Shown: piece by piece, positions 27,603 through 41,067 of the stretch
Numbering within the stretch: the first letter of the stretch is position 1
Layout of the letters: every line of letters starts with the position of its first letter
Assembly: GCA_038496445.1 (NCBI GenBank)
Contig: JALMLS010000329.1
Coordinates: 62,001-126,000, forward strand
Direction: 5' to 3'
DNA length: 64,000 nt
DNA from: Trichosphaerium sp. ATCC 40318
Lineage: Eukaryota; Protista; Tubulinea
Position numbers and translations under genes: made by a program
Notes under the pieces: model-generated
Told to the model about the DNA's origin: nothing
Database searches by the model: none
What the model saw: only the letters and a program-made list of their open reading frames with translations

Positions 27603-30053
27603 TTACTGCACAGATAAACTATGTGATACATCCTCCTCATCTAGATCAGATCCAAGGTCACTTTCAGAGCCCGATAGTTCATCATCCAAGTTAACTGTAA
27701 GCCTTTGGTTTTCTAACTTTTCAAGTTTTAATTGCTTCTTATATGCTTTCTTTACAAGCTTTGTATGAATCAAATTGCCACAGTACTATTCAAACGGAGG
27801 TTAATACAAGAGAGTATGTAGAAAAAAACGTACCAATACTCGTGTATAAGTGACAAAGAGGTGAGGCATAATACCAGCAAAGAAAATCAGAGACGTAAGC
27901 ATGTAAAGTGGGATAATAGCATACATTTTACTCTGAATGGTATAAAAAATCCAGAGTACTATATATGCTGAGTTTGCTATTGTAAATATTAGATACATGA
28001 TTAACCAAGAGTGTACGTTGATAAATTGGTCATGTAATATGAACATAACAAAGTAGATTAAGTTCAAAGAACGGTAAACAAAAACAAAAAACAACAACGA
28101 CAAAAATGATTGTAAAAAAACCTCAGCATCACATGTTGTTGATTATGAGACACGTTTAAATACTTATTAAATAAAGCGAATAATGTACCTAATAATATAA
28201 CTTGTAGACCAAGCTTATGAAAGCTTGGAGGAAGGAGTAAAAGTCGTCGATGTAAACTGCGTGTTTTTTTCTTTTCATGTTTTAAGCTCTTCGAAGATAA
28301 ACTCCTTAGTAGAGGTTCGTCGTCGTCATTTTTATCTTCTGATATTAATGATGAACGAGCACTAGGGTTCTCCAAAACCTTTAAAATAAATAAGAAAAAA
28401 ATAGGAAAATAGAATGCTCTCTGATCCAACTTCTGCTTCAAAGTGAATGATACTGAAATTGCTGAAACAATACCTTGGACAGTACAAAAAAACAACATAC
28501 CCTGATATTGCCTTTAATCTCAGGCATGTTAAGAATCTTATTGTAAACCCAAATGCTATAAAGCCAAAGAGCTACTTCAATAAAAACCAGAATGAGGCCG
28601 CCAACAAGAACAGCCCATCCACCAGTATGTGATTCAGGATTAAAATCCCAGATCTAAACAAAGTGAGACAAACTTTATTATGGTGGTATATTTGCATTGT
28701 TGGTTACCTTGTATCGGACCCAATTTGCCCAAACAATGACCAAGCCTATTACCCATGTCCATGGTGATAATTCCATAAGGTGAATTACCAAATCCCTCAT
28801 TGAGTACTTCATATAAAGATAAAACCAGAAATTGTGAGGTACTTTTTGAGTACGCACTAAATGACTTCGAAGACTAAACAAAATTATTTAGCATTAACAC
28901 TATTCGTGTTTACAAAGGATATATAATTAAAGCTATACACGTACGTTAAGTAGCGCTTCTCGCGTATTTTAACATTGAAAATATTAATAATCGCAGACCA
29001 GAGTGAGGTACTTTTTTCAGTATTGTCCTCAAAAGTGAAAGTGCCTAGATTAAAGAGGTGAGTAAAAAAAACCGTTAGAACAAAAAATCATCGCGTCAGG
29101 AATATGTATGAATAGACTGTTCTATATTATTTTGAGTGGTACAAACAAAAAACCCATAAAAATGGTAATGGTTAGGGACGCATCCACGAAAACTTTAGGT
29201 TTTTTTTATTGGTTCCCAAATGTTTTCGTACCTCTGTTTCTCTCATGTTTGGCCCAAAAACGTGCTGTCAGTACATGAAGTAATATGATATATCCTGCCT
29301 GAGCCAAGTATACAATAGCTATACCAAAGAGAAGGTAATGAACTTGCTTTAAAAAAGTGTAAGGCGAAAATAAGTCCAAAATCTGTCAAAAAAGATTCTC
29401 AAAGCCTCAGGAATTCAATGAATCAAAGAGTTGGATGCTATTCAAAGCCTGAACGTTTTCTTTAGTTGCTAGTACCTCAAAGATTTCCTCAACTTCATGC
29501 TCACCACAAAGATGGAAGAGATTTGCAAGCGCACTGAACATAGGATCTTGAATATTGCTGATTGTTATGAAGAAAATTAAAAGCGATATAATACCAATAA
29601 TCATAAGCTCTATTGCGTTTTTAGTTGATTTGGAACGTGTTGCAAACCGAATTTTGCCTATAGGTTTCCAACGTTACCTTTGTAAATAGTTTTTAGCACT
29701 AGAAGCATGTGTTCCTTCTTGCGGTACCACTAGGACAAATATGAGTTGGCGACAATTGAAAATATACTTGCTATGCGTGATTACCTTCTCTAAGTAGTTT
29801 GTTACCGTTTCTGTTATGAGCGCAACTAGAATCAACCCTGTAACGAAAGTCGAGACCAAAGAAATGTTGTTTCGTATTCTAACGCTTGGTAAATTACACA
29901 ACACCAACATTCGACGTACCCAATGTTCTCAACGCTGCAAAATAGCTCGGTACAACTCGTTTCGTTAAAGAAAAACGTGTCCTCTGGCACTTCGCAGTGT
30001 TCAGGTACGTCGCCACCATGACCTCCTTCGTGAGAAGACACGAGCTTCAACAT
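27603..30053 (-). CDS. MLO-like multi-pass membrane protein
   Basis: LKTIYKELMIIGIISLLIFF, QVHYLLFGIA, VPHNFWFYLYMKYSMRDLVIHLMELSPWTW match MLO-type motifs; about seven TM segments and an acidic tail. Confidence 0.7.
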
Positions 30054-30234
30054 GGTAGTGTTGCACAAAATTAGGTTAAGTGCGTCTGCAATTTAATACG
30101 AGCTTGACTCAACCAACAGCACTGTAACTAAAATAAGGGCAACACTCTGGACTGTAACAAGCTACATTTGTAGCATTGCTATTGGAGATTTACTAAAATA
30201 CTTTCGAAAAGCGCTGTAATCACCATAAATAACG

Positions 30235-33200
30235 ATGAACAGTGAGAATTCGAAGGAAGAAGGTCCAAATGACCAAAAAGTGATGAGTATGGAAACATTG
30301 GCGTCTCTGGTTAGGTACGCGTTAATATAAACAGAAAGCGCTCGTTAGTACCTCTTTTGGGACGAATAATAATTTTCGATAATGAAAATCATACTTATTA
30401 ACAATCAACAGAAGCACCAGTTCGCAATATGTAGAGGATCAGGACGCCAAAAATTGTACGTGAAATTGAATTGATTTTAAAAAAATTGTAACGGGTTTAA
30501 TAATTCGACACAACGCACCAAACACGCAACAATTGCATTACAAAGCGTTTTTGTTTTGACGCGCAGTATTACTCTTCCATTCGGATGTTTATCATCAAGC
30601 AACTGCGCGTTTTAATGCTTGCTAAACATACTACTAGCAAAGGACACTAAATCATTCGGAAGCACAGTCAACAAGCTTTTGGCAATCTACAATTTATCAA
30701 ACGCTCCAAAATCTACGACACAGCCTTCTAGCATTCCTACTACGCTACAAGTGACGCGCAGCGCAACCCCTGATCCTCTTCGGTTAACAAAACCTGAACC
30801 TGCTTCCAGTGAGAAGCAAGAAGAAGATAACTCTGTTGTAGAAGTACGACAGCGTAGAGATACAGATGAGTCCGTAGATGAGTCTGTAGATCAAGTCGCA
30901 GAAGAAGCACAAGGCGCAACAGGTACTGAGAATTCTTTTATTACAAAAAAATACCACAACTCTTTTTTGTTTGTTCGCTTTTGACGTCAATTCTTAATGG
31001 CTAAAGACGTAGTAGATGATGCTTCAGAAGACGAAAACGATGAAAATAAAGTTGAGTTTATTGAAGTACCTTCAAGTCCAAGCCGTGGAGCAAGAAAGGT
31101 TCAACGTGGTATGTCATGAGCGCTCTAAAAGTTGTCTTTTTTTTTTCTTTTTCTATACCGGTTTAAGGTTTTACTGTAGCTGTAGGAGATTCAGATAGTG
31201 AAGAGATAGAAGAAACATCGTTGGATACAAATGAAGGATCTTCTGATGGCACGTGATATAAGTACATGAGCTAATACTGACATTTACTAGATAAACGAGA
31301 TTTGGGTTCAATAATGTCATTAACACGAAAATCAGCGAGTGGTGACGACCAAGAAAGTAGGGGCGGTGGTAGTATTAAACTTAAGAAAAACTCTGCAACA
31401 GAAGCATTAAAAGCGACAGGAGGGTCAATGATGAAGCGTGGATCTAGTATGAGAAATGTTTCTAAACTAAAAGTTAGAAAGACAGTTGACAAGTCAGATA
31501 TTATTTCTGGAAAGAGAACTAGAACATCTAGTATTGGCGGTTTAGAGGATAGTACTACTTCAACAAAGAGCACTAAATCTATAACTGGTATAAGAAAGTC
31601 TAATTCACATACGGATCAGATCAAACGATTAAAAAGACTTCAAAGTGCTGTTTCTGTGTAAGTCTATCAAAGAAAACTTTTCTTTTTCACTCTTACTTAT
31701 TACTATCTAGCGATCAACCAAAGACGGATGCTGTACCAGAAACAAAGACTACTGATACAAGCACCACTATGAAACAAAATCCAATGAGTAAAAGTTCAGA
31801 CAGCATAAAGCGAGTTGTACGTTTGTTTTCTACAACATAGAAATATCTCAACTAACTTGAGATTAGGGTGGGTTGAGTTCAAAGCATAAATCTGATCCAA
31901 TTGACAGAAGGCATCGTACATCTACTAATATATCAGTAGATGTAGTACCTTCAAAGCCTCAACGCCACAAGTCACCTGAATTTACACTAAAACATAAGAA
32001 AGCTTCAGCTAAACGTGAACAAGTTAAGAATGCAAGCCGACTGGATGCTTCTGTTGCTCGTGATGCAACAGTGGGGACCTCATCATCCCCTGGAAGTAGT
32101 AGTCCTATAGTACAACATGTTGAGAAGCGTAACAACAATACAAACAAGCCTGAAGAAGAAACCAAAGGACATGTTCGCTCACCGAAGTCGGAGGTTCTAA
32201 AAACCCCAAAGACTTCTGAAGAACAACCTATGGCTACTATAGAAGAACAGAACCAACAGCCAAAGGTTGAAGTATTGAACAAGCCAAAGAAACATTCACA
32301 GCCTGCTCTAAAGTCACCTAAGGTGAGACAACCACTGCTAAGTAAAGCAGGATTCGAAGGAATGCAGATAAAACCAAAAGCTACACGACAGACTGTTTTA
32401 CCTGAACAGGAGGTATTCAAGAGACCAGAACCTGTACAAGTTATTAAGAAGGATGAAAAGAAAGTCATACAAAGCAAAGAAGATAGTGAGGCACCTTTTA
32501 CAGCACAGGCTTTTAAAGAACGTGTTCAAGGTCATCAAAATCGTATTGATAACGAAGCAACTGCAGCTAAAGCTGTAGTTGGACAATCTCCTCGTACTGC
32601 TATGGCAGATACTGTTGTACCTTGTCTTAATGTATCGAACTTAGCTTGGCAGGACACTTTGGTTAAAAGTGCATCGAATGCTTCTTTAGAAGGCATGATT
32701 CAAACCTTGAAAGGGTGAGTTTTGAGTGGTTTTTTTGTTGTTCGCGGTCTTATTTCATTTAGGTTAAAAGAGAAAGATATAGATGATGTAGATACACGTA
32801 TAGCTACTATTAATGTAAGAGATTTAACAAAGAGACTTGCACAAGCTGTTAAACAAGAACGTATTGCTCTTGCTAAAGAAAAAAAAGAGTTTGAAGAAAT
32901 GAAGAGTCTGTTCGCAGATGTTGTTTCTGATTACATGGTATGTATACATCCTGTAACTTGTATTAACCATCTTATAGGATATAAGCGCCATGAGAAAGAG
33001 CTTCAACAATGAAAAAAGTGAGTTCATTGGCCTTGTACGTTCACGTTTGAGTTTCGTAAAAAAAAATCTATTGTGGTCTAACTCACACTTTTCTGCATAG
33101 CTTAAGCACATTAAGAAAAACCCTGTACCTAGTACTATAGTACAAGAAGAATCTCAAAAGGAATTAAAAGAAAGTAAGGAATTTAAAGAGCCAAAGGAGC

Positions 33201-34490
33201 CAAAAGAATCATCAAAGGGCACTAAGTCATTCAAACATAAGTCTGAAGAACGTGCACAAGAAGATCAAAAGGATAGAAAGGTAACATGCCAACCCACTTT
33301 TCAAGACTCAACTTATAATCATTAGGTTGAGAGAAAGAGGAAGAATACAAATGATAGTGCTAAAGCAAAGAAGGCAAAACGTCGCAGTGAGCGACGAAGC
33401 AAGAAGCTAGAACAATCGTATGTTAATGAATCATTCTTGTTTTTTTGGTTTGAAATTTTCTCTTGACTTACCTTCCTTGTAAATAGGAACCTTCCACCTT
33501 CTATAGAGACATTACAACAACTTGCTGATGCAGTGGACGAGGACTTCAGCTTATCTAGTTTCAACAGTACGTCCATACTTTTAAACCTTGTTTTTTTTCA
33601 AACGATCAAGAGTTGACTTGTTTCGAATAGAGATAGATGCCATTGGTGAAAATTCAGAGTATGACCATCCACCACAAACAAATCAAAAGCGTACTAGACA
33701 GAGTAAATCAAAGAACGTATTTACTGTACGTCTACCGAATAATCAAAAGAGTTCAATCAAATGGAAACCAAATATCGTTCTACAAATGGTTATTGAAAAA
33801 GTTTGCTCAACACGTGGTATTGATTTTAACCTATACATACCAAAGGTAAGTATTTCATCTACACTACCAAACAGTATTTTCGAAACAAGTTAATTATGAA
33901 CTGAACACGAAACAAATCTTTGACTTTAATTTTCCTCATTTTTTTGCTTTCGATAAAAACCTTAGATTACTGTTTTTCAATTGCTAAGGTTTTTTAAAAT
34001 TAGGATCCTAATGGCGTTGTTGCTGATGTTTATAAAATGTTGAAAGACTTGCCTTTTAAAGAAATTACTTTTTACCATCGTAAAAAAACATTGGCTGAGA
34101 TTGAGGAAGAAGAGAAGGATTCTGATATTGAGAATGTACGTGTAAAAAATCCTCTCCTGTACATTCAAATAATACCCTTACCGTACAACCTGCGCTCGGC
34201 CAAATATGTATTGACCAGAGTGTTGACAATTGCTACAGTAGCACTTTTTTTTACCTCTATTTTTTTTGTTGTTTTTTCATTTGGTGTTCTTTTTGATTTT
34301 TTGCATTGATATTTTTTAGATTCTTGGTGAATACAGAGCAAGAAAGAAACAACTTATTGCAGCAGTACAAAATAATACAGACATTGAAGGACTGATGGAT
34401 GCATTTTTACTTAATTTTGTAAAGTGGTTCCTAACCAAAGATGAATTTGCAGCTACAGAGGCTATAGAAGGATATGCACCTCAATGGTAG
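30235..34490 (+). CDS. Large low-complexity/coiled-coil protein with a C-terminal Ras-binding (RBD) domain
   Basis: Multi-exon. FTVRLPNNQKSSIKWKPNIVLQMVIEKVCSTRGID resembles a Raf-type RBD. Ends GYAPQW-TAG. Confidence 0.65.
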
Positions 34491-34699
34491 CATATTTTTT
34501 ACCTACAGCCCCTTTTTTTTTACATCTGCAATTGTACAATACTATAAAAAAATCATTTACAAATGAGCACGTGATTACAAAACATATCTTAATTTTACAT
34601 ACAGAGTGATTTCTCTTGTTGCTTTTTTCATATTTTTATTTTGTTGTGAACAAAGTCATTCTGTTGGCAATGGCACAGACAATGTGCAGTAATCTTACT

Positions 34700-35529
34700 T
34701 TATGATATAATACAACGGCTGCGCTTTGGAACAGTATTGTTATGTGTACTCCATCCAATGCGCCTACACTCATGTATGATGGCTTTGAATGATTCTAAAA
34801 CATTCTGTCTTGTTTTTGCTGATGTTTCAAAGAAAGGACACTCAAAGCAGGCAGCCATGTGCTCCCCTTCTCTCTTTTTAACTTGCCTGTCTTCTTCCAA
34901 GTCAGATTTATTACCAATAAGTACTATTGGTATATCTTCTCTATATGGTTGTGCCCTACATTGGGGTAAGTGAGCGTTTGTATTGTAGGTTGGGAGGTAA
35001 CATGTGATTTACAACAACCTAAACTCCTGATAATGAGTGTGCACTGTAGTAAAATATCACAGGCTGCACAAATTTTGTTTTAAGGCAAAAGCAAATTCCA
35101 CTTGGCCTGATGCTGAAACAATGACATTTTTTTTCAAATTAATGAGTGTTTCTACGCTATTAAGGTACCTAAACATATTATCACGCCTTTCATATGTACT
35201 TTCAAAGGATTCTTTGCTTGTTATTGAATAAACCAAATAAACACCGTCACATTGTTTAAAATATACATCTCTCAGGTAACTAGGTGTGGACACATCGTTT
35301 GATGTATCTAATACCTCTATAATGCATTTTATACCATCAACTTCAAATTGCCTGCGGTAAACATCTTCAAGTGTAGGGTCGAACCTTTTAACATTAGTTA
35401 TTTTGTTCAGAAATGTCATTTGGATACATACTCGTCTACAAAGCGGTTGTTTATCAATTGTATAGTTAGGGATGATTTACCTACACCTGCATCACCTAAT
35501 ATAGCCACTTTATACTCGATGGGATACAT
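34700..35529 (-). CDS. Divergent Ras-family GTPase
   Basis: [24 protein letters not shown] (in place of DTAGQ), GNKSD, ETSAK, CaaX CIIS. Confidence 0.9.
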
Positions 35530-35599
35530 GTGGCTATGTTTTATTCTGTTCTATTTGGTGTGGTCAAGCATATTCCCGTTTTGTTCAAGTGGCTTTCTA

Positions 35600-35960
35600 T
35601 CAAGCTTTGGGTGTTCGTAACCTCCAAGACACTGATGTTAGAGATGAAGGTATAAACGAGCATTCTGGTGTTCATACTGTCAATGTTTAAACTGTATGAT
35701 GTTAGAACTGTAAGATAAAATAGAATCTTATTTGTGTTACAGTCGACGGCAGTCAAGTTATCAATAGTAATTATTATTGACTTTGACCAGACTTTGCAAT
35801 TACACAATAATGTTCCAGTTAAGCCGTTTTGTTTAGCAAGAAAAGTGCAGCGTTGACTTTGTTTATAATAATTGTTAATTTTTAACAACTTGACTGCCGT
35901 CGACAATATTGTAAAACTTGCCAGCGTTGTAATTACTAAATTTATCTGCACAGATATTAA
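35600..35960 (+). pseudogene. Decayed LRR remnant interrupted by a MITE
   Basis: LQDTDVRDEGINEHSGVHTVNV* before the insertion; VKLASVVITKFICTDI after it. Confidence 0.65.
35740..35906. mobile_element. Putative 167-bp MITE, Tc1/mariner-pogo type
   Basis: Perfect 18-bp inverted repeat GTCGACGGCAGTCAAGTT (35742-35759) / AACTTGACTGCCGTCGAC (35887-35904); left end starts CAGT; TA on both sides (35738-35739 and 35907-35908). Confidence 0.65.
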
Positions 35961-36021
35961 GAATTTGGTTTTATTCTGTTGGTATTTATGTATGAAAACA
36001 CATTTGATTTTGTTCCTCGTA

Positions 36022-37609
36022 TTAGAAACATTTAGTGTTTACATAAGATGCACCATTTTCTTCATAGTCTTCTTTTGTGAACCAGAACTTTTCCAATTCT
36101 TGTGACCTTTTTACAGCACCAACAAAAACTGCATTTGCTCCGTGTTCAGAAAGAGACACATTTGCTTTAAAGTGACTTGGAATGCCAGAAGTCTCAATAT
36201 CTTTTTTAATCCTCTCAGAAAAGCCAGGAAACAAAGAATTACTACCAGAGACAACAATATTTCCAAATTGATCCTAGGCACCGTGAGTAAGGGTTTTTTT
36301 TGGAAAGAAAAAAGAAAAAAAGGAGAAACTCAGAGACACTCCTCCACAACATTTCTCAGGCTCACCAAGAACACATTAAAGTAATAACTATAATGTATAA
36401 TATGATTTAAGGGAGTTAAAACAGGAAGTGGTGCTAAAGTGGGAAAAGGTTCTAGAGAGCAAATCAAAAGGTTTTTGGAGTTTCTGCATAAAACCGAAAA
36501 AAAAAATACCTTTCGTGATATTTGATCTATTGTGTATACTGCTTTGATTTTACTCTCAGGAATACCCATACTATCTCTACCAATCACTTTGGGGTCGAAC
36601 ATAGGTTCAACACATTGAAATCGTTCGACATCAAGAGTAACAGTGTTGGTACCGAAGGTAATTTGTTTTTTAAATTTCTCCAAGTTGTTTTTAGCTTCTT
36701 CGATTTCCTTTTGTAATCGATTGCTACATAGCACAGCTTTTCTTTGATAGTCTCAAGACTCTCTTTACTATCTAATTTGATACCTTTTTCTTTAAGAAGT
36801 GCGGCAAGATATGAAGTAAGCCGACCATTGACAGAGGTGTTTATCTTTATCTAAAAATAACGTGTCAGGCTTTTTTCGAAAGATATTAAAATTTTCTTAC
36901 CGCATAGTCTTGGCTGCACATCTCATACACTGGTACAACATAAGTAATATCTGGACCTGCTATAACAGAAACACCAGTAATACTACCATTGGCGTATAGA
37001 GCTAATTTACCAGGTGTACTGAGGTAAACGGATGGTGCCTTAAATTTCTCAAACATTATTTCTGCCATCGCTTCTCTGAATCAAATTGTGAGACAGGGTG
37101 TTTTTAAACGGTTATCACGAAAAATATTATAAACGCTTGCCTTGCGAATTTTTTAGGTAATTCTGTTTCTGTGAGGAACACAGGGTGTTCTGTAACATCA
37201 ACTTTCATTTTTTTTTCGAACACGTGTTTCCACGCCTTCTCAAGAGCATCGAAGTTTAGCATGTTTGCTTTCACGATAGGTACTTTCATTGTTCCAAGAG
37301 ATGAAGGAAAAACGTATTGAGGGACCTTGTCCGATGAAAACCCGGCTTTTGTATATTTAGAGCCATTATCTATTATGATAACGTTTTCTACGATGAAAAT
37401 CAGTTAAATACAACTAAGCGAATTGATATCAAGCAGATTGAAGCATGTTCAAGGTATATTGGTTAGAGTAATAACTCGGCTTACAACCATTGCGCTGACG
37501 CTTGTATCAAGCTAATTTCCTGCGAAATAACAGCGTTTTGTACTGGAAATAACGCAGCTATTCTTAAACTTGTTTATTGTTGGTAATACGTACGTAGTTC
37601 ATTAGTCAT
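36022..37609 (-). CDS. Divergent actin-like protein lacking subdomain 2
   Basis: IIDNGSKYTKAGF, FPSSLG, EHPVFLTE, MAEIMFE, IKEKLCYVA, ERFQCVEPMF, FPGFSERI, TKEDYEENGASYVNTKCF. Confidence 0.85.
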
Positions 37610-37942
37610 TTGTGTTGTGATGCTTGGTAGGTTATTGTTTTATTTTTAGTTAAGTCTGCACTTTGGGAAATATTTGCCGAAAAATTTTGTTTGTTGAACA
37701 TCAGACTTTTGTCGAAATATTTGCGGCCAAAGAGTTGCGGGTATGAGTTCATAGCGTGTGTTTGATATGTGTACTGTATTAGACGACTTCTTGGGTGGTT
37801 TTAACAGTCAAACACTTCAAAGCTCGTCAAACTACTAAAATACTAAAATGCACGTGACCTTACGTTCGTAGCGTCACGGAACAGCACGTGTTTTTAAAGT
37901 TTTTTCGAAGTTCCCAGAAAAGCGTACAGAACTGTTCGACTG

Positions 37943-38461
37943 ATGGATCTTATACTACGAAAATTACCTGTTGAGCTTCATCTAAGCATCACATGTGTTG
38001 ATAAAGAGATATTCATCAAATGGCCTCTATTGTGTAAATACACTGCCACAACATCAAGGTTTAACGAAAAATTAGAGAAACACGGCAAATTCAAGTGCTG
38101 GGACGGTAGTCAGTTAATGTATTCATCTAGCTTTGAAAACGGCGCGCGACATGGCGTATACAAGCAGTGGTATGCCAATGGCGTCCTTTATATTGATTCT
38201 AAGTTTAATAACGGTAAACGAGACGGAAAGTACACTCAATGGCATTCTAATGGTGTATTATGTGCGTCGTGCTGTTATGATAAAGGTAAAATGGTTGGAG
38301 AGAACAAGGAATGGTTTGAAAACGGAAAATTACAAAAACAATGCTTTTTCATTGATGATCTTATGGATGGTAACTATTATCAATGGGATAGAAGTGGTAA
38401 GCTTGTACAGTATTTAGTTTATAAAGATGGGTGCCTTAGAGGAGCACATGTGTGGAAATAG
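37943..38461 (+). CDS. Intronless MORN-variant repeat protein with F-box-like N-terminus (giant-virus-like)
   Basis: LPVELHLSI N-terminus, then repeats NGARHGVYKQWYANG, NGKRDGKYTQWHSNG, GENKEWFENG. Confidence 0.8.
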   Translation: MDLILRKLPVELHLSITCVDKEIFIKWPLLCKYTATTSRFNEKLEKHGKFKCWDGSQLMYSSSFENGARHGVYKQWYANGVLYIDSKFNNGKRDGKYTQWHSNGVLCASCCYDKGKMVGENKEWFENGKLQKQCFFIDDLMDGNYYQWDRSGKLVQYLVYKDGCLRGAHVWK

Positions 38462-39779
38462 AAAAATAAAATATCACGTGCAACACATAGTTGTTCCTCA
38501 ACTCAATCACCTCTATTGTGGGCTCTAATGTCTCTGTACCTTCAGCTCATCAATCCTGGGCCCATTCAATAAAGGCACAAACTTAGTTCAATACAAAAAA
38601 TAATACAATGTTATTCTCTTGCGATAGGTACAACAAAAAGAGGTGGTAGCGTAGCGTGCCCCATAGTGTATTGGGCTCTACTGGAGCTGTAGCACCAGAT
38701 AGAGCGCCTATGTTACGAAGAAGCTCCAGCTCCTTCGTTGCAGTAGCAACGAAGTATGATTTTTCCCAACGCATGAATGCGATTGTATGCTTTTGCAAGG
38801 TTTACGAAGTATAAGTACAATTGCAATTGGCATCCCGAGAAATTAAACGTTTCGTTCTCGAAGTATAAAAGTATAAACTCAGGTATGCCACGTTGGGAAG
38901 TTGGAGCACATCTACTATGCATCTCTAGTGATAATTGTAAGAAGTACTGTATTTAAGTGACTGTATAGAGCAAAGAATTTACTTGTGGTATTCAAAAGCA
39001 ACGAATTTTCTAAAATACGGAATAAGATAAGATTTAGTTTATTTGGATTGCGAATGGATTCACTAAGTTCTTGAGGAACTAGCTATGCTTTAGTGCATCG
39101 CGTTATGGTTTAGCGTATCGCGTAATTGTACCAGTATAAATAAACGAGCTACTAGGGTAAGTCTTACAGCTTGTTTTGTTTGTACGGTAATTTGTTTATC
39201 TATGTTCTTCCTGTTTTCTTATCTGTTCAATACCAAGAGCACTGCACACATAGTGCGTAGCAGCAAATCGCAATTATGGTTAAAGAAGAGGAGGTTCACG
39301 TAGCTATGGGAGGCGGTGGATTAAGCGGTGGAGGCAGGAGTACGTAAGTATTCGTCTGCATACGTAGGGTGACAGGATCCAGAAAACGGCAACAACAGAA
39401 ATGTTTTGATTGCAAGCACGTTTTTTCCCTGGCTAGTATTGGATTGTAAGGATGTGAGATAAGAATAGGTTAATAAAGGATTCTACCTAACACAAGTATT
39501 GAGTACTTGAAACGTGTTAGAAAGCGCAACATTTACACTTCGACCAATACCAAATAGGTAGATACGTGGGTGAGCCTTCTGTGCTATAGGTGCAACTACC
39601 CGAGCTAAATACAATAACAAGTACCACTAAATCACGTATATAAGGTGGCAAAGAAAACGCAGGTTAAATGTTAACGGCAGGCTGACGTTCTGTGAACAAC
39701 AGTAGCAAAAAGAAAAGCTCGAAAAGTTACTAATTTTTCTGCTGCTTAATCATCTCTTACATTTCCTGAAGCTGTCCTA

Positions 39780-40709
39780 ATGAGTGCAACACCTACGCCC
39801 AAAGCTAATTTAAAGAGAAAGAACATAAATGAGGCTGCGAAACCTTGTAAAAAGCAAAAAACAACCAAAACGCTAAAGTACGCCTCCAAAACTCATATTC
39901 ATTCCATATAACGGGCTAAAAAGCGTTTTTACGTTCTTAAGTCTTCAATGAATTCTAAAACGCTTTTAGGGAATCGCTACAACTTAAAACGCTTAAAAAT
40001 AACAGCCTCATATATTGGAAACCGGATTTCTTATCTTCTAAAGAAAGTTCAAGAATTTTTAGCGAATTAAAAGAAGCGATGGATTGGAAGCAATCTCAGA
40101 TTACAATGTTTGGTAAGAAGATAAATATACCTCGCTTACAGCAATGGATGGCAGATCCAGGTACTTCACAGACAGAAATATTGAACACTTTTCCTTTTTT
40201 TTTCGTCTTTTTTTTTTCGATTGGAACAGGATTTGACGCTTGTCTATAGGTGTAAAAGCTGATTTATATATGAAAACAAAGCAATTACCATGGTCTCCTG
40301 ATGTTTTAAAAATAAGAAAAACCATTGAAGAAGCGCTAGACTTTAAATTTGACTATTGCTTGATACAACTTTACAGACACGGAAAAGATAGTATCGGATT
40401 TCATAGTGATGGCGAAGCTGATCACAAAGTATGTGATAAAGGTTTCTAAATACATATCCTATTTATAGTATATTGTGCTAATCACGTGATGTTTAGGGGA
40501 AGAATGTGATTGCATCTGTATCTATGGGAGCTACAAGACGTTTTGTTTTAAAAGATAATTCTGATAAAAAAAATAAAGTAGAGTATAAGCTTGTATCTGG
40601 TAGCTTGATTGTAATGGCAGGTGATACACAAAAATACTGGAAACATAGTATCCTTAAACAACCTAAGTTAATGGAACCACGGATAAATTTAACTTTCAGA
40701 AAGTCTTAA
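39780..40709 (+). CDS. AlkB-family 2OG-Fe(II) dioxygenase, ALKBH2/ALKBH3 type
   Basis: MFGKKINIPRLQ, LIQLYRHGKDSIGFHSD, IASVSMGATRRF, WKHSI, PRINLTFR. Confidence 0.9.
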
Positions 40710-41067
40710 AGTTGTATTGTAAAAAAAACCTAATAAATCTTGTTATTGTCGGCTAAACCATTTGGCTTTTTTAACCAACACTTTTACCTGGTGGGCTGCA
40801 TTTAGAGTGCAAACCCCATCTCCTTAGTACCTTGTTTCTGAATAACAAGACTTTTGTGTTAATGTATACAACCAACGAGAAAGAGTTTACAGTGTTTTCT
40901 TGTAGTGTATCTCCAATGTCAGGCATAGAAAATTGTTATGATAATAGTTTGTTCCTAATGTATATACGTATTAACGTTCGTTCACATAACGGGTGACTAA
41001 GTCAACTTTATTTATAACTAAAGCAACCAAAAAACAATTTAAAATAGCAACCACTTTACAATCCACA

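Noticed and set aside
38500-38922. Possible small minus-strand gene
   Set aside because: No consistent start-to-stop model and no recognisable motif.
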